The notes under the pieces are model-generated. The model worked only from the letters and a program-made list of their open reading frames with translations, ran no database searches and had not been told where the DNA came from. This document shows positions 24,921 to 33,263 of a stretch of DNA of 64,000 nt, piece by piece. This DNA comes from a virus (lineage: Duplodnaviria > Caudoviricetes), in IMG/VR virus record IMGVR_UViG_2687453145_000002, positions 52,166 to 116,165 of that record, one strand, 5' to 3'. The position numbers and the translations under genes were made by a program. The number at the start of each line of letters is the position of its first letter. Position 1 is the first letter of the stretch.

Positions 24921-25808
24921 CTACTTGGGTTGGTATTTCTCGAAGTAGCTTGCCGCCAACTCTTGGCCTTTGGCTAGTTGATCTGGGGTGAGTCGCTTCG
25001 CGGCATTATCACGTGCATCGTGGGAGCTCCGCTCGCCATTTGCTGCAGCAACAGAATACCAAGCGTATGACTTCACATAATCCTGCGGTACCCCTTCACC
25101 TCGCGCATATCCTGCACCTAAGTTGTATTGCGCATCTGGTAAACCTTGCTCTGCGGCTTTTCGATACCAAGAGAAAGCCTTTTTGAAGTCTTGCCGCACA
25201 CCTCGACCTTGGTAATGTATCACCCCGAGATTGTACTGCGCTTCGGCAACACCTTGTTCGGCGGCCTTGCTGTACCATATCAAGGCTTTGCTAAAATCCT
25301 GTTTTACTCCTTGGCCCTGATCGTACATTACGCCAATGTTGTATTGCGCTGAAGGAAAGCCTTGCTGGGCCGCCTTGTTATACCAGTCGAACGCCAGTTT
25401 TTTATCCTGCACCACAGTAGTGCCACTGGCATACATCCACCCAAGCTGGTTTTGTGCGGCAATCAAACCAAGGTCGGCTGCTTTTTTGAACCAGAACACG
25501 GCGGTTTTGTTATTTTGCGGAACGCCTCGGCCATCTTCATACATACCGCCTAAAAAGAACTGTGAAGTTGCATGGTTTTGTTCGGCTGCTTTTTGGTACC
25601 AAAATACTGCTTGCTTATCATCCTGAGGTACACCGTCACCAATGTCATAGCTAAACCCAAGGCGATATTGGTCGTCCCTACTGCCAGCCTCGGCTAGCTT
25701 CATAATCTTGGCGATGTCAGTATTATCTGGCTCTGCCTGCGCTACTGGCATAACCAGCAACGTCAACCCCAGCAACACCGCTCCTATCCAACCCCCTACT
25801 CGATTCAT
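24921..25808 (-). CDS. Exported Sel1-like repeat protein (moron)
   Basis: Signal peptide ending AQA; repeated AQYNLG.MY..G.GV.QD...A..WY.KAAEQG; lower GC. Confidence 0.92.
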   Translation of the reverse strand: MNRVGGWIGAVLLGLTLLVMPVAQAEPDNTDIAKIMKLAEAGSRDDQYRLGFSYDIGDGVPQDDKQAVFWYQKAAEQNHATSQFFLGGMYEDGRGVPQNNKTAVFWFKKAADLGLIAAQNQLGWMYASGTTVVQDKKLAFDWYNKAAQQGFPSAQYNIGVMYDQGQGVKQDFSKALIWYSKAAEQGVAEAQYNLGVIHYQGRGVRQDFKKAFSWYRKAAEQGLPDAQYNLGAGYARGEGVPQDYVKSYAWYSVAAANGERSSHDARDNAAKRLTPDQLAKGQELAASYFEKYQPK

Positions 25809-26010
25809 AACCCCTCCTTGTTTCGGAAGGGGGCATTATGGATCTGTTTGGGGCGGCTGTCAGCCTGCAACCCCCTGATGCAAGGGGCTCCAGGCTGGCC
25901 ACTGTTGCCAGTGGCCTGCGTTCACGTTCACGCACCGCCTTCCGGATTGAACGGGGTATCGGCGCATCCCTACCGGCATCGGGATTCGTGGTTGTGAGCC
26001 GGTTCCAGGT

Positions 26011-26022
26011 TGTTAAAGAGCA
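26011..26022 (-). promoter_or_regulatory. boxA antitermination element
   Basis: TGCTCTTTAACA on the minus strand equals the rrn/nut boxA consensus. Confidence 0.75.
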
Positions 26023-26121
26023 GGCCCAGCCGAATTTGGCGTGAGCGAAGCCAAAGCATCCTTGCGGTGCTTGAGAAAGAGGCTTTGGCTACGGCGCTAT
26101 GAGGGAAGCGCCAGACCCGGG

Positions 26122-26376
26122 TCAGATGGCGTTGCGGTGGAACTCGGCCCGCCAGTGGAGTAGGGCGCGGCATTTCATGGCGGTCATGGTGCGCACCTTG
26201 GCAGACTGGGCGGTGCGGGCTGCGACGAGCTGGTGCCGCTCGGTGGCCATCATGGCAACCGTCAAGCGTTGCTTGATGGCCCGGCGGCGGGCGGCGTTAC
26301 CGTTCAGGCGGTCGGCGATGGCAGTTACAATCTGGTCTGCATGTTTCGCGGCCCTGGAAAAAATGCGCTTGGTCAT
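26122..26376 (-). CDS. First pL gene, arginine-rich, possible N-like antiterminator
   Basis: AGGAG SD; NAARRRAIKQR motif; position after pL; an in-frame ATG also exists at 26433. Confidence 0.55.
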   Translation of the reverse strand: MTKRIFSRAAKHADQIVTAIADRLNGNAARRRAIKQRLTVAMMATERHQLVAARTAQSAKVRTMTAMKCRALLHWRAEFHRNAI

Positions 26377-26384
26377 GGTACATT
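26376..26384 (+). promoter_or_regulatory. Extended -10 promoter for the candidate sRNA
   Basis: TGGTACATT fits TGnTAnnnT; TGGAAA 18 bp upstream. Confidence 0.55.
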
Positions 26385-26390
26385 CACTCC

Positions 26391-26530
26391 TGTTGGCGAG
26401 TTGGTCCTCGCTAATTCCCAGTTGATTCGTCATGCTGGGTCCTGATTGCTGGGGTTGGTCCCTCGGCTTTCACTGACCGGGTGGTACCCGGTCCTTCGAA
26501 GCCCGCCTTGTGCGGGCTTTGTCGTTCTTA
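26391..26530 (+). ncRNA. Candidate multi-target anti-RBS sRNA (may extend to ~26615)
   Basis: Plus-strand hairpins with G.U pairs; GGTCC motifs at 26403, 26438, 26457, 26490 and 26572; terminator-like stem 26499-26530; complementary to 13 early-gene RBSs. Confidence 0.65.
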
Positions 26531-26665
26531 CGCGCTGGTCAGGCGCTTCACTGCTGCCCTGGTTGGGGCTGGGTCCTGTTGCTGGGTGGTACTCAATTCT
26601 TTGCTGGCTTTTTACTCCGCCAGAGCGGGAGGTTTGCCGGTATTGCCTCCGGCCTACTGATGAGT

Positions 26666-26741
26666 GATTGTTTTCTCGAACAAGATGAAGGTTAATATTC
26701 GCGAACCTGCCAGTCAATAGAAAATGTTCGAGATAACGAAT
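26666..26741 (-). promoter_or_regulatory. pL promoter and three OL operators
   Basis: TTGACT-17-TAACCT (26717-26689); GTTCG-N6-CGAAC-like sites at 26666, 26691 and 26726. Confidence 0.75.
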
Positions 26742-26824
26742 TTTTTAGAGTGAGCGCCATTGCTGTCGATCGAGAGATGCAAAAAAGCCCGCATAAAGCG
26801 GGCTCTTAGTGAAGATTGGTGCTG

Positions 26825-27046
26825 TTATTTCAGGTAGATATTGATGGCTATCGCTACACCGAGACCAAGAAATGCTGAGGTGTAGAGGCCCGTATCAAAG
26901 ATGGCGTGAAACGCAAAGGGGGAGGCGCATAAGCCAATAATCATGGCTAATGTCACGTTTTTGTTTAATCGCTCATCTTCCTTATGCCTCGCTGCCCTTG
27001 CTTCTGCCGCCATCTGTTTCATCATTTCACGTTCGCCTTTTTCCAT
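26825..27046 (-). CDS. Two-TM membrane protein co-transcribed with cI
   Basis: AAGGAG SD directly after cI (rex-like slot); terminator-like stem at 26781-26805. Confidence 0.75.
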   Translation of the reverse strand: MEKGEREMMKQMAAEARAARHKEDERLNKNVTLAMIIGLCASPFAFHAIFDTGLYTSAFLGLGVAIAINIYLK

Positions 27047-27051
27047 GGCGG

Positions 27052-27666
27052 TTACTCCTTCACATCTCTACGCAGTTCAACCATTCGGCCATAAATCAGC
27101 GCCTCTTTGACTGGGATGACACCAAGACGCGGATCATCGGTGACCAATGTAATACCTGATAGGCCATCCAGAGCCTTCAGTAAGCGCTCCTGATTGTTGC
27201 TATCCAGTCGCACCAGAACGATATCGTTATGGCGTGGTTCCCGATCTGCAAGGTCAATGACGCAGATGTCACCACTCTTGATGCCAGAACCGATAAGGTT
27301 GTCATCGTTGGCAACCACGCCAATCAGATGCCCATTGGCATCACTGAATAGGTGGCGGCCGCTATCCAAGGTTGAAAGAGCATCGGTCGGGTGTTTGCCG
27401 AGATCTGACATTTCCCAGACTGGCACCTTGCCAAGGTTAATGTCGGAGACATAGGTGCCACTTTCTTTGCCGGTGTAGAGCCAGAGAGGATCGCAACCGA
27501 GCGCTTTGGCGATAGAAAGCAGACTGCTGACTCGCAAATCCTTGAGCGGGTCAGATAAGAGAACGGAGACCACAGCTTTGCTGACCCCAGACCTGCGTAC
27601 CAGGTCAGCTTGCTTCCAGCCCCGCTCTTTGAGCATGTATTCCAGTCGGTCTCTAAAAGAGGTCAT
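27052..27666 (-). CDS. cI: CI-like repressor, HTH plus degenerate S24 domain
   Basis: MTSFRDRL...QADLVRRSGVS...IAKALGCDPLWLYTG; C-terminal GDICVID...IYGRMVE. Confidence 0.9.
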   Translation of the reverse strand: MTSFRDRLEYMLKERGWKQADLVRRSGVSKAVVSVLLSDPLKDLRVSSLLSIAKALGCDPLWLYTGKESGTYVSDINLGKVPVWEMSDLGKHPTDALSTLDSGRHLFSDANGHLIGVVANDDNLIGSGIKSGDICVIDLADREPRHNDIVLVRLDSNNQERLLKALDGLSGITLVTDDPRLGVIPVKEALIYGRMVELRRDVKE

Positions 27667-27675
27667 GTTGATCTC

Positions 27676-27763
27676 GTTCGCATAATAAAACCATTTTCTA
27701 TTTTCACCTATTGCATGTGCTAAATGGCGATCGCTTGACTTGTTCGGTTTTAAGAATAAAAAT
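27676..27763 (+). promoter_or_regulatory. pR promoter and OR operators
   Basis: TTGACT at 27735 with an A-rich -10; operators GTTCGCATAATAAAAC (27676) and GTTCGGTTTTAAGAAT (27742). Confidence 0.65.
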
Positions 27764-27798
27764 GCCCTTGTATTGTCAGACACCACAGGACCCGACCA

Positions 27799-28014
27799 AT
27801 GAAGAAGCAAGACGTTATCAGCCATTTCGGCAACATGGCCCGCGCCATGAAAGCGATCGGTATCGCTCGTAGCGTGGCCGTGACGTGGGGAGATATTGTC
27901 CCGGCACAGCATGCCGTCAGCTTTGTTATCGCCAGCAACGGCGAGCTGCGGCTGGGGCTGGAGGATTACCCCCTGCTCAAGGAGCAAGACCATTCTACCC
28001 AGCAGGCCGCCTGA
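27799..28014 (+). CDS. cro: Cro-like repressor
   Basis: MKKQDVISHFG...AIGIARSVAVTWGDIVP; divergent from cI. Confidence 0.88.
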   Translation: MKKQDVISHFGNMARAMKAIGIARSVAVTWGDIVPAQHAVSFVIASNGELRLGLEDYPLLKEQDHSTQQAA

Positions 28015-28055
28015 CCACCGGCCAGCTTTTCTACCCAACATAGAGGACCAACCCC

Positions 28056-28445
28056 ATGGGAAGAGTATCGCTCCCAGATCATGAAAATATGAGCACCCGC
28101 TCCCCGCTGAAAGTGCGCGGCACCCCAGCCCAGCGCCAGGTATGGCAGGAAGTAGGCGCCGAGTGTGGCATGACCGAAACCGCATTTGCCCGCACCTCGC
28201 TGCTGATCCTGCTCCAGGCCATATCTCAGCACGAGCCCACCATATTGGCGAGGGCCGTTAAACGGGCCAATCGGAGCTTGCTGGAGCAGGGTTTTCCGCC
28301 CGTGACCGTCGAGGAGATCCTGGAGGGCTCCGGCCTGCCCGAGCGCGGCCTGCTCCAGTTCAGCCAAGAAGACGAGGCCGCCTACAACGAGGAGCGCCCG
28401 CTGCGCCCCCTGCAAAAACTCATCAACTTCGTCCTCGGGAGGTAA
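28056..28445 (+). CDS. Regulator in the cII position
   Basis: Synteny after cro; N-terminus RHH-like. Confidence 0.6.
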   Translation: MGRVSLPDHENMSTRSPLKVRGTPAQRQVWQEVGAECGMTETAFARTSLLILLQAISQHEPTILARAVKRANRSLLEQGFPPVTVEEILEGSGLPERGLLQFSQEDEAAYNEERPLRPLQKLINFVLGR

Positions 28446-28448
28446 CCC

Positions 28449-28667
28449 ATGACCATGCAATTACGTCCGCCGCGCCCGGCATCCCAGCACGTCAGCGATC
28501 GCGACAACATCATCCTGAAGTCGGTCATGCACGAGCTGGCCCTAGCCCTCGACGAGCCGCTGATCTCGACCGCTCACGCAGCCGGCACCGACCGCCAGGC
28601 CGTCCGCCTGGCCCGCGAGCTGGAAGCCCGCACCCTGGAGCGTGCCGAAGCACAACCCAGCGCATAA
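28449..28667 (+). CDS. Hypothetical phage protein
   Basis: GGAGGT SD, operon context. Confidence 0.7.
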   Translation: MTMQLRPPRPASQHVSDRDNIILKSVMHELALALDEPLISTAHAAGTDRQAVRLARELEARTLERAEAQPSA

Positions 28668-28720
28668 GCAGCACCTGCCCGCCTCACCAGCGGGCAGCTT
28701 AAACACCACAGGACCCAACA

Positions 28721-28876
28721 ATGACCAATTCAACCATGGCCCATGGGGGCCACCCCTTGCTGAACGACCTCAACCACTGCCCACTGTGCGGCAGTGATCT
28801 GCAGTCCGGCACCAATGACCGCGCCTACGAGTGCCCCACCTGTGAGTACACCGAGCAGGAGGTGGCTCATGGTTAA
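28721..28876 (+). CDS. Small zinc-ribbon protein (51 aa)
   Basis: CPLC...CPTC; CAGGACCCAA RBS. Confidence 0.65.
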   Translation: MTNSTMAHGGHPLLNDLNHCPLCGSDLQSGTNDRAYECPTCEYTEQEVAHG

Positions 28877-29000
28877 CACCTCATCCGTTGCCACCTGGGA
28901 GCTCTATGAGCTCAAGAAGCGGGAATTGCAAGCAATGGGGTTATCCCAGCGTGAGTACGAATTGGCTGTGCGCCGATTGGCTGATGAATTGGAGGTGTGA
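28869..29000 (+). CDS. Small hypothetical protein (43 aa)
   Basis: GGAGGT SD; YELKKRELQAMGLSQREYELAVRRLADELEV. Confidence 0.65.
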   Translation: MVNTSSVATWELYELKKRELQAMGLSQREYELAVRRLADELEV

Positions 29001-29001
29001 G

Positions 29002-29835
29002 ATGGCGGCGCTTTTGAAGTTTCCAGATAGACGCCCACAGAGTGCCCCACAGGAGGTTCGTGTGGCAGACCTTGATGATGGCTATACCCGCATTGCCAAT
29101 GAGCTCTACGAGGCGCTGATTGGCGCTGATTTGACCAAGCACCAGTTCAAGGTCGTACTGGCGGTGATCCGCAAGACCTATGGCTTTAACCAGACCCATG
29201 ATCGCATCACCAATGGGCAGATAGCCGAGATGACCGGTTTGCCGGAGACCCGAGTTTGCACCGCCAAAAACCAATTATTGGAGATGGGAATACTGGTCAA
29301 CAAAGGGCGAAAAATAGGACCCAACAAGGTACTTTCTGAGTGGGACTTTGACGCTCCCCGAAACAGGGAAAAGCTACCCGAAACAGGGTATAAAAATTTC
29401 CCCGAAACAGGGAATCGAGTTTCCCCGAAACAGGGACACACAAAAGACACTATTCAAAAGACAGTAAAGACAACTACTGATGGGGCATCAGCTTGCGCTG
29501 AACCCCCAGCAGCAACCCCCGAAAAGCGACCAGTGAAAAATACACCATACCAGGCGATCCTGGATGCCTATCACGACATCCTGCCGGAGATGCCAGCCAT
29601 CCGTGAGCTGACCGATTCTCGCAAAACCAAAATCAGGAACTTCTGGACCAAGTTCAAGTTCGACGAGACCCGCTGGCGCGCCTACTTGGATTTCATCGCC
29701 AAGAACTGCCGCTGGATGTGCGAGAGCCGCCCGCGCCGCGATGGCGAGTCGGCCTGGAAGCCGAAGAACTTGGATTTTTTGGTGACCGAGAGGTGTTATC
29801 TGGGCGTGCGGGAGGGGCGGTTCAATGACGAGTGA
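29002..29835 (+). CDS. Lambda O-like replication initiator
   Basis: VADLDDGYTRIANEL...RKTYGFNQ; internal iterons. Confidence 0.92.
   Translation: MAALLKFPDRRPQSAPQEVRVADLDDGYTRIANELYEALIGADLTKHQFKVVLAVIRKTYGFNQTHDRITNGQIAEMTGLPETRVCTAKNQLLEMGILVNKGRKIGPNKVLSEWDFDAPRNREKLPETGYKNFPETGNRVSPKQGHTKDTIQKTVKTTTDGASACAEPPAATPEKRPVKNTPYQAILDAYHDILPEMPAIRELTDSRKTKIRNFWTKFKFDETRWRAYLDFIAKNCRWMCESRPRRDGESAWKPKNLDFLVTERCYLGVREGRFNDE
29357..29435 (+). repeat. Replication origin iterons, CCCGAAACAGGG x4
   Basis: Copies at 29357, 29377, 29401 and 29424, followed by an A-rich tract. Confidence 0.9.
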
Positions 29836-31237
29836 TGCAATGGGGTTTGTGCCCCCTCACAACTTCGAGGCAGAGCAGTCTGTGCTGGGCGGGCTGATGC
29901 TGCGGGCTGACTCGTTCCACGACTTGGGCCTGTCTGAACGCGATTTTTACAGTCGCCCGCACCAGATCATTTTCGGGGCGATCTCCCAACTGATCGCCGC
30001 CAAGCAGCCGGTTGACATCATGACAGTGCAGCACCGTATCGAGCAGGACGGCGAGCTCGATGTTGCCGGCGGGTTTGCCTACCTAGTCGAGATCGCCAAG
30101 AACACCCCAAGCGCGGCGAACATCGTGACCTATGGGGGGATGGTGCGTAGCGCTGCAGAGCGGCGCTTCGCTGTTGCCAAGCTGCATGACTGTATCGCGG
30201 CGATGATGGAGCCTGGATTCAGCAACACCGATGAGCGGTTCGCTGCGATGGGGTCGCTGTTGTCTGAGGTCGATGCCAAGCGCTCTGGGGGTGTGACCGG
30301 GATTGCGGTACACGCCAGCGAAATCGTGCGGGACTGGTGTGATGAGCTGGATCGCCGGGCAAGCCGCCGCCCAGGGGAGATGACCGGTTATGCCACGGGG
30401 ATCGCGTCCTTGGATGAGTTGCTCTACCCAGGTGGGATCAGCCCTACGGCGCTGGTGTGTATCGGCGCTCGACCGAAGATGGGCAAGACCACGCTGATGG
30501 CGAGTCTGTGTAACCACACGTCGCTGGTCAAGAAGCTCCCTGTGGTTGGTTTTTCGCTGGAGATGACACGGGGTGAGCTGTTCGAGGTCATGGTATCGCA
30601 AGCGTCCGGTGTCTCCGGCAAGCATCTGAAATCAATGTCTGACCAGTGCAAGATGGACAAGGCCTACGCTGTTGCCGCAGAGCTTGGTAACTCCAAACTC
30701 CATATCGCAGATCTGCCTGGGCTGACTGTGCACCAGGTGGTGCGTGAGAGTCGCCGGCTGAAGCGACAGTTCGGTCAGCTCGGGCTGATCGCTGTTGACT
30801 ACCTGACGCTGATGACTGCCGACAAGGCTGAGCGTAACGATCTGGCTTACGGCGCGATAACCAAGGCGCTCAAGATGCTAGCCAAGGAGATGGGTTGCCC
30901 GGTGATCCTGCTGACTCAGCTCAATCGAGGGCTGGAGCAGCGTGCAGACAAACGCCCGGTTCCCAGCGACAGCCGTGACACCGGCCAGATCGAGCAGGAT
31001 TGCGATGTGTGGATCGGCTGTTATCGCGATGAGGTCTATAACGAGGCTTCCCCGATGGCAGGAGTCATGGAGTTGCTGGTCAGGCTCAACCGAGGCGGTA
31101 AGACGGGAACCGCTTACTGCCAGTTCCATGATGGGGTGATCTCAAATATCGACCAGCAAGAGGTTGCGCGCATGGCACATGCTGCAGAAGTGGAACGCAG
31201 CAAATCCAAGCCAGCGAAAGGGGGGTGGGATGGCTGA
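29825..31237 (+). CDS. dnaB: DnaB-like replicative helicase
   Basis: PPHNFEAEQSVLG, GARPKMGKT, VDYL, QLNR, SRDTGQIEQDCD. Confidence 0.95.
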   Translation: MTSDAMGFVPPHNFEAEQSVLGGLMLRADSFHDLGLSERDFYSRPHQIIFGAISQLIAAKQPVDIMTVQHRIEQDGELDVAGGFAYLVEIAKNTPSAANIVTYGGMVRSAAERRFAVAKLHDCIAAMMEPGFSNTDERFAAMGSLLSEVDAKRSGGVTGIAVHASEIVRDWCDELDRRASRRPGEMTGYATGIASLDELLYPGGISPTALVCIGARPKMGKTTLMASLCNHTSLVKKLPVVGFSLEMTRGELFEVMVSQASGVSGKHLKSMSDQCKMDKAYAVAAELGNSKLHIADLPGLTVHQVVRESRRLKRQFGQLGLIAVDYLTLMTADKAERNDLAYGAITKALKMLAKEMGCPVILLTQLNRGLEQRADKRPVPSDSRDTGQIEQDCDVWIGCYRDEVYNEASPMAGVMELLVRLNRGGKTGTAYCQFHDGVISNIDQQEVARMAHAAEVERSKSKPAKGGWDG

Positions 31238-31541
31238 TTTTTTCAATCCTGACGTGAGTGCCGCGGTCGTGGCCGCGAAATTCTGCCGGGTGGTGATCTA
31301 TCCCGCCGTGCGGGGCTGGTGTGGGGAGCGGATGCAGCTCGAGGTGGCCGACGAGATCGATGCGTTGGGTCACACCGACCAGCAGCGTGGCGCAGGGCAT
31401 TGGCTGGCGCAAAGCACGACGCCGGAGCGAGTGGCGGAGGAGGCTGCACGGCTGAGAGCCGCGCCAGTGCTGGTGTTGCGGTGTGATGCTTCGTTTGGGG
31501 CTGTGGATAACTTCGAAGGGGAGGGCCTTGCCAACCAGTGA
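31230..31541 (+). CDS. Hypothetical phage protein
   Basis: Overlaps the dnaB end. Confidence 0.6.
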   Translation: MADFFNPDVSAAVVAAKFCRVVIYPAVRGWCGERMQLEVADEIDALGHTDQQRGAGHWLAQSTTPERVAEEAARLRAAPVLVLRCDASFGAVDNFEGEGLANQ

Positions 31542-31617
31542 CACAAGGGGTACCGCGCCGTACCATTGCCAGTGCCGGACCTAGACCACCCGGCTGTTTA
31601 ACCAAAGGACCTAGACC

Positions 31618-31911
31618 ATGACCAAACCGCATACCCGAGATCTATCCATCGCGACCCAGTTGGGGCGCGTGATATCCATCATGAGCGACGGCAAGGCCCG
31701 CACCCTGCGCGACATCGAGCGCGAGTGCTGGAGCCGCTACGGCCACGCTGACACCCAGGCCGCCATCAGCGCCAGACTGCGTGAAGTTTGCTGCTACGGC
31801 TGGGTGAAGCATTCCAGCAATCAGGTCATCGACGGCAAGCAGGTGTGGCATTACCGCATCGCGCTGCCTCCCACCACCGAGGCCGTAGCGGCTAAGGCGG
31901 TGGCAGCATGA
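31618..31911 (+). CDS. Winged-HTH-like hypothetical protein
   Basis: MSDGKARTLRDI...AISARLRE. Confidence 0.7.
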   Translation: MTKPHTRDLSIATQLGRVISIMSDGKARTLRDIERECWSRYGHADTQAAISARLREVCCYGWVKHSSNQVIDGKQVWHYRIALPPTTEAVAAKAVAA

Positions 31912-32087
31912 GACTGACCCACGCTATCGCGGCTGTGCTGTTGGCAGCTACAGGCCAGCCCGCTCGCCTCAATCCGAACGACTTCATCCCCGGCTATGGA
32001 TTCTGCATCCCCAACCCGCGCAATGACCGGGCTGCACAGCGTCAGCGTGCAGCCGCCAAGCGCCGCAACAAGTCCAAGCGGGGGTGA
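31908..32087 (+). CDS. Small basic hypothetical protein (59 aa)
   Basis: ATGA overlap; QRAAAKRRNK tail. Confidence 0.55.
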   Translation: MRLTHAIAAVLLAATGQPARLNPNDFIPGYGFCIPNPRNDRAAQRQRAAAKRRNKSKRG

Positions 32088-32089
32088 GC

Positions 32090-32530
32090 ATGAGCTACCC
32101 CAAGTATTTTCTGCGCAGCCCCGATATCCGGGCCCGCGCCAGCCAGTTGGTCGCCAGCCTGCCGGTTGATCAGGACAAGCCGCTGGTTATCGAAATCAAG
32201 GAGCTGACCCGCAGCCTGGCTCAGAACGCTCTGTTCTGGGCCGTCATGACCGACATCGCCGAGCAGGTCAACTGGCACGGCCGCAAGCTCTCCAAGGAGG
32301 ACTGGAAGCACGTTCTCTCCGCCGCCCTGTACCAGCAGGACGTGGTGCCGAACATCGACGGCAATGGCTTCGTGGTGCTGGGTAAGTCCACTTCCAAGAT
32401 GACCGTGCGCGAGATGCGCGATCTCATTGAGCTGGCCCAATCCTTCGGCGCCCAGCAGGGCGTGAAGTTCGGGGATGAATCCCGCCGAGGTTTCGACTGG
32501 GTGGCGGCCTACGGGAGGGCTGCAGCATGA
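32090..32530 (+). CDS. ninB: NinB recombination protein
   Basis: TRSLAQNALFWA..DIAEQVNWHG..WKHV..STSKMTVREM. Confidence 0.92.
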   Translation: MSYPKYFLRSPDIRARASQLVASLPVDQDKPLVIEIKELTRSLAQNALFWAVMTDIAEQVNWHGRKLSKEDWKHVLSAALYQQDVVPNIDGNGFVVLGKSTSKMTVREMRDLIELAQSFGAQQGVKFGDESRRGFDWVAAYGRAAA

Positions 32531-32844
32531 GCAAGACCAAGGCTGATAAGCAGTGGTTGGACGATGTGAGCTCTCTGTGCTGCATTGCTTGCCGAAATGC
32601 TGGCCTGGGGGCGAGCCTCGCCGAAATTCACCATGTGCGCTCTGGCGCCGGGATGGCGCAGCGCTCTGCTCACACCCAGGTGCTGCCTCTTTGCCCTCGC
32701 CATCATCGCGCCTGCTACCCCACCGGCTTCCACGCCGCACCGCTCACATGGCAGCAGGAGCACGGCAGCGAGGAGGCCCTGCTGGAGCAGGTAGCCAGAG
32801 AAGTCACCGAACTGCGCAAGAACACCATCGGGAGGGCGGCGTGA
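32527..32844 (+). CDS. Ref/DUF968-like HNH zinc nuclease
   Basis: CIAC, EIHHVR, LPLCPRHH. Confidence 0.8.
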   Translation: MSKTKADKQWLDDVSSLCCIACRNAGLGASLAEIHHVRSGAGMAQRSAHTQVLPLCPRHHRACYPTGFHAAPLTWQQEHGSEEALLEQVAREVTELRKNTIGRAA

Positions 32845-33263
32845 TCCATCTATCCGCCCTCGATGCGGCCCGGTTGCTGGGTAGCAGCTCGAAGGTCAGG
32901 AGCGCAGCCAACCAGGTGCGCAAGGCGCAGCAGGTCACCTCCCTGCACGACAAGGTGCTGACCAAGCTGGTCGGCCTTCCTGACCCCGCCACCGAGCTGT
33001 TGTTTCACCCCAAGCGCAAATGGCGCTTCGACTACGCCTGGCCCACCCGCATGATCGCCATTGAGGTCCACGGCGGGATCCACTCCGGCGGCCGGCACAC
33101 CCGGGGGAGGGGGTTCGTAGAGGACCGGGCCAAGATGAACGAAGCCACCTTGCTCGGGTGGACCGTGCTGGAAGTTACCCCAGAACACATCAAATCCGGC
33201 CAGTTGCGCGCCTGGCTGCTCGCCGCCTTCAATCAGGACCCAGACCAGAGGACCAAACTATGA
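32841..33263 (+). CDS. PD-(D/E)xK endonuclease (resolvase position)
   Basis: FHPKRKWRFDYAWP...AIEVHGG...KMNEATLLGWTVL. Confidence 0.8.
   Translation: MIHLSALDAARLLGSSSKVRSAANQVRKAQQVTSLHDKVLTKLVGLPDPATELLFHPKRKWRFDYAWPTRMIAIEVHGGIHSGGRHTRGRGFVEDRAKMNEATLLGWTVLEVTPEHIKSGQLRAWLLAAFNQDPDQRTKL

Noticed and set aside
27667-28185. 377-aa version of cI
   Set aside because: The extension runs antisense through cro and pR; the HTH begins at 27666.
29357-29435. Possible mini-CRISPR
   Set aside because: 12-bp repeats with 8-12-bp gaps inside the O gene are iterons; no cas genes.
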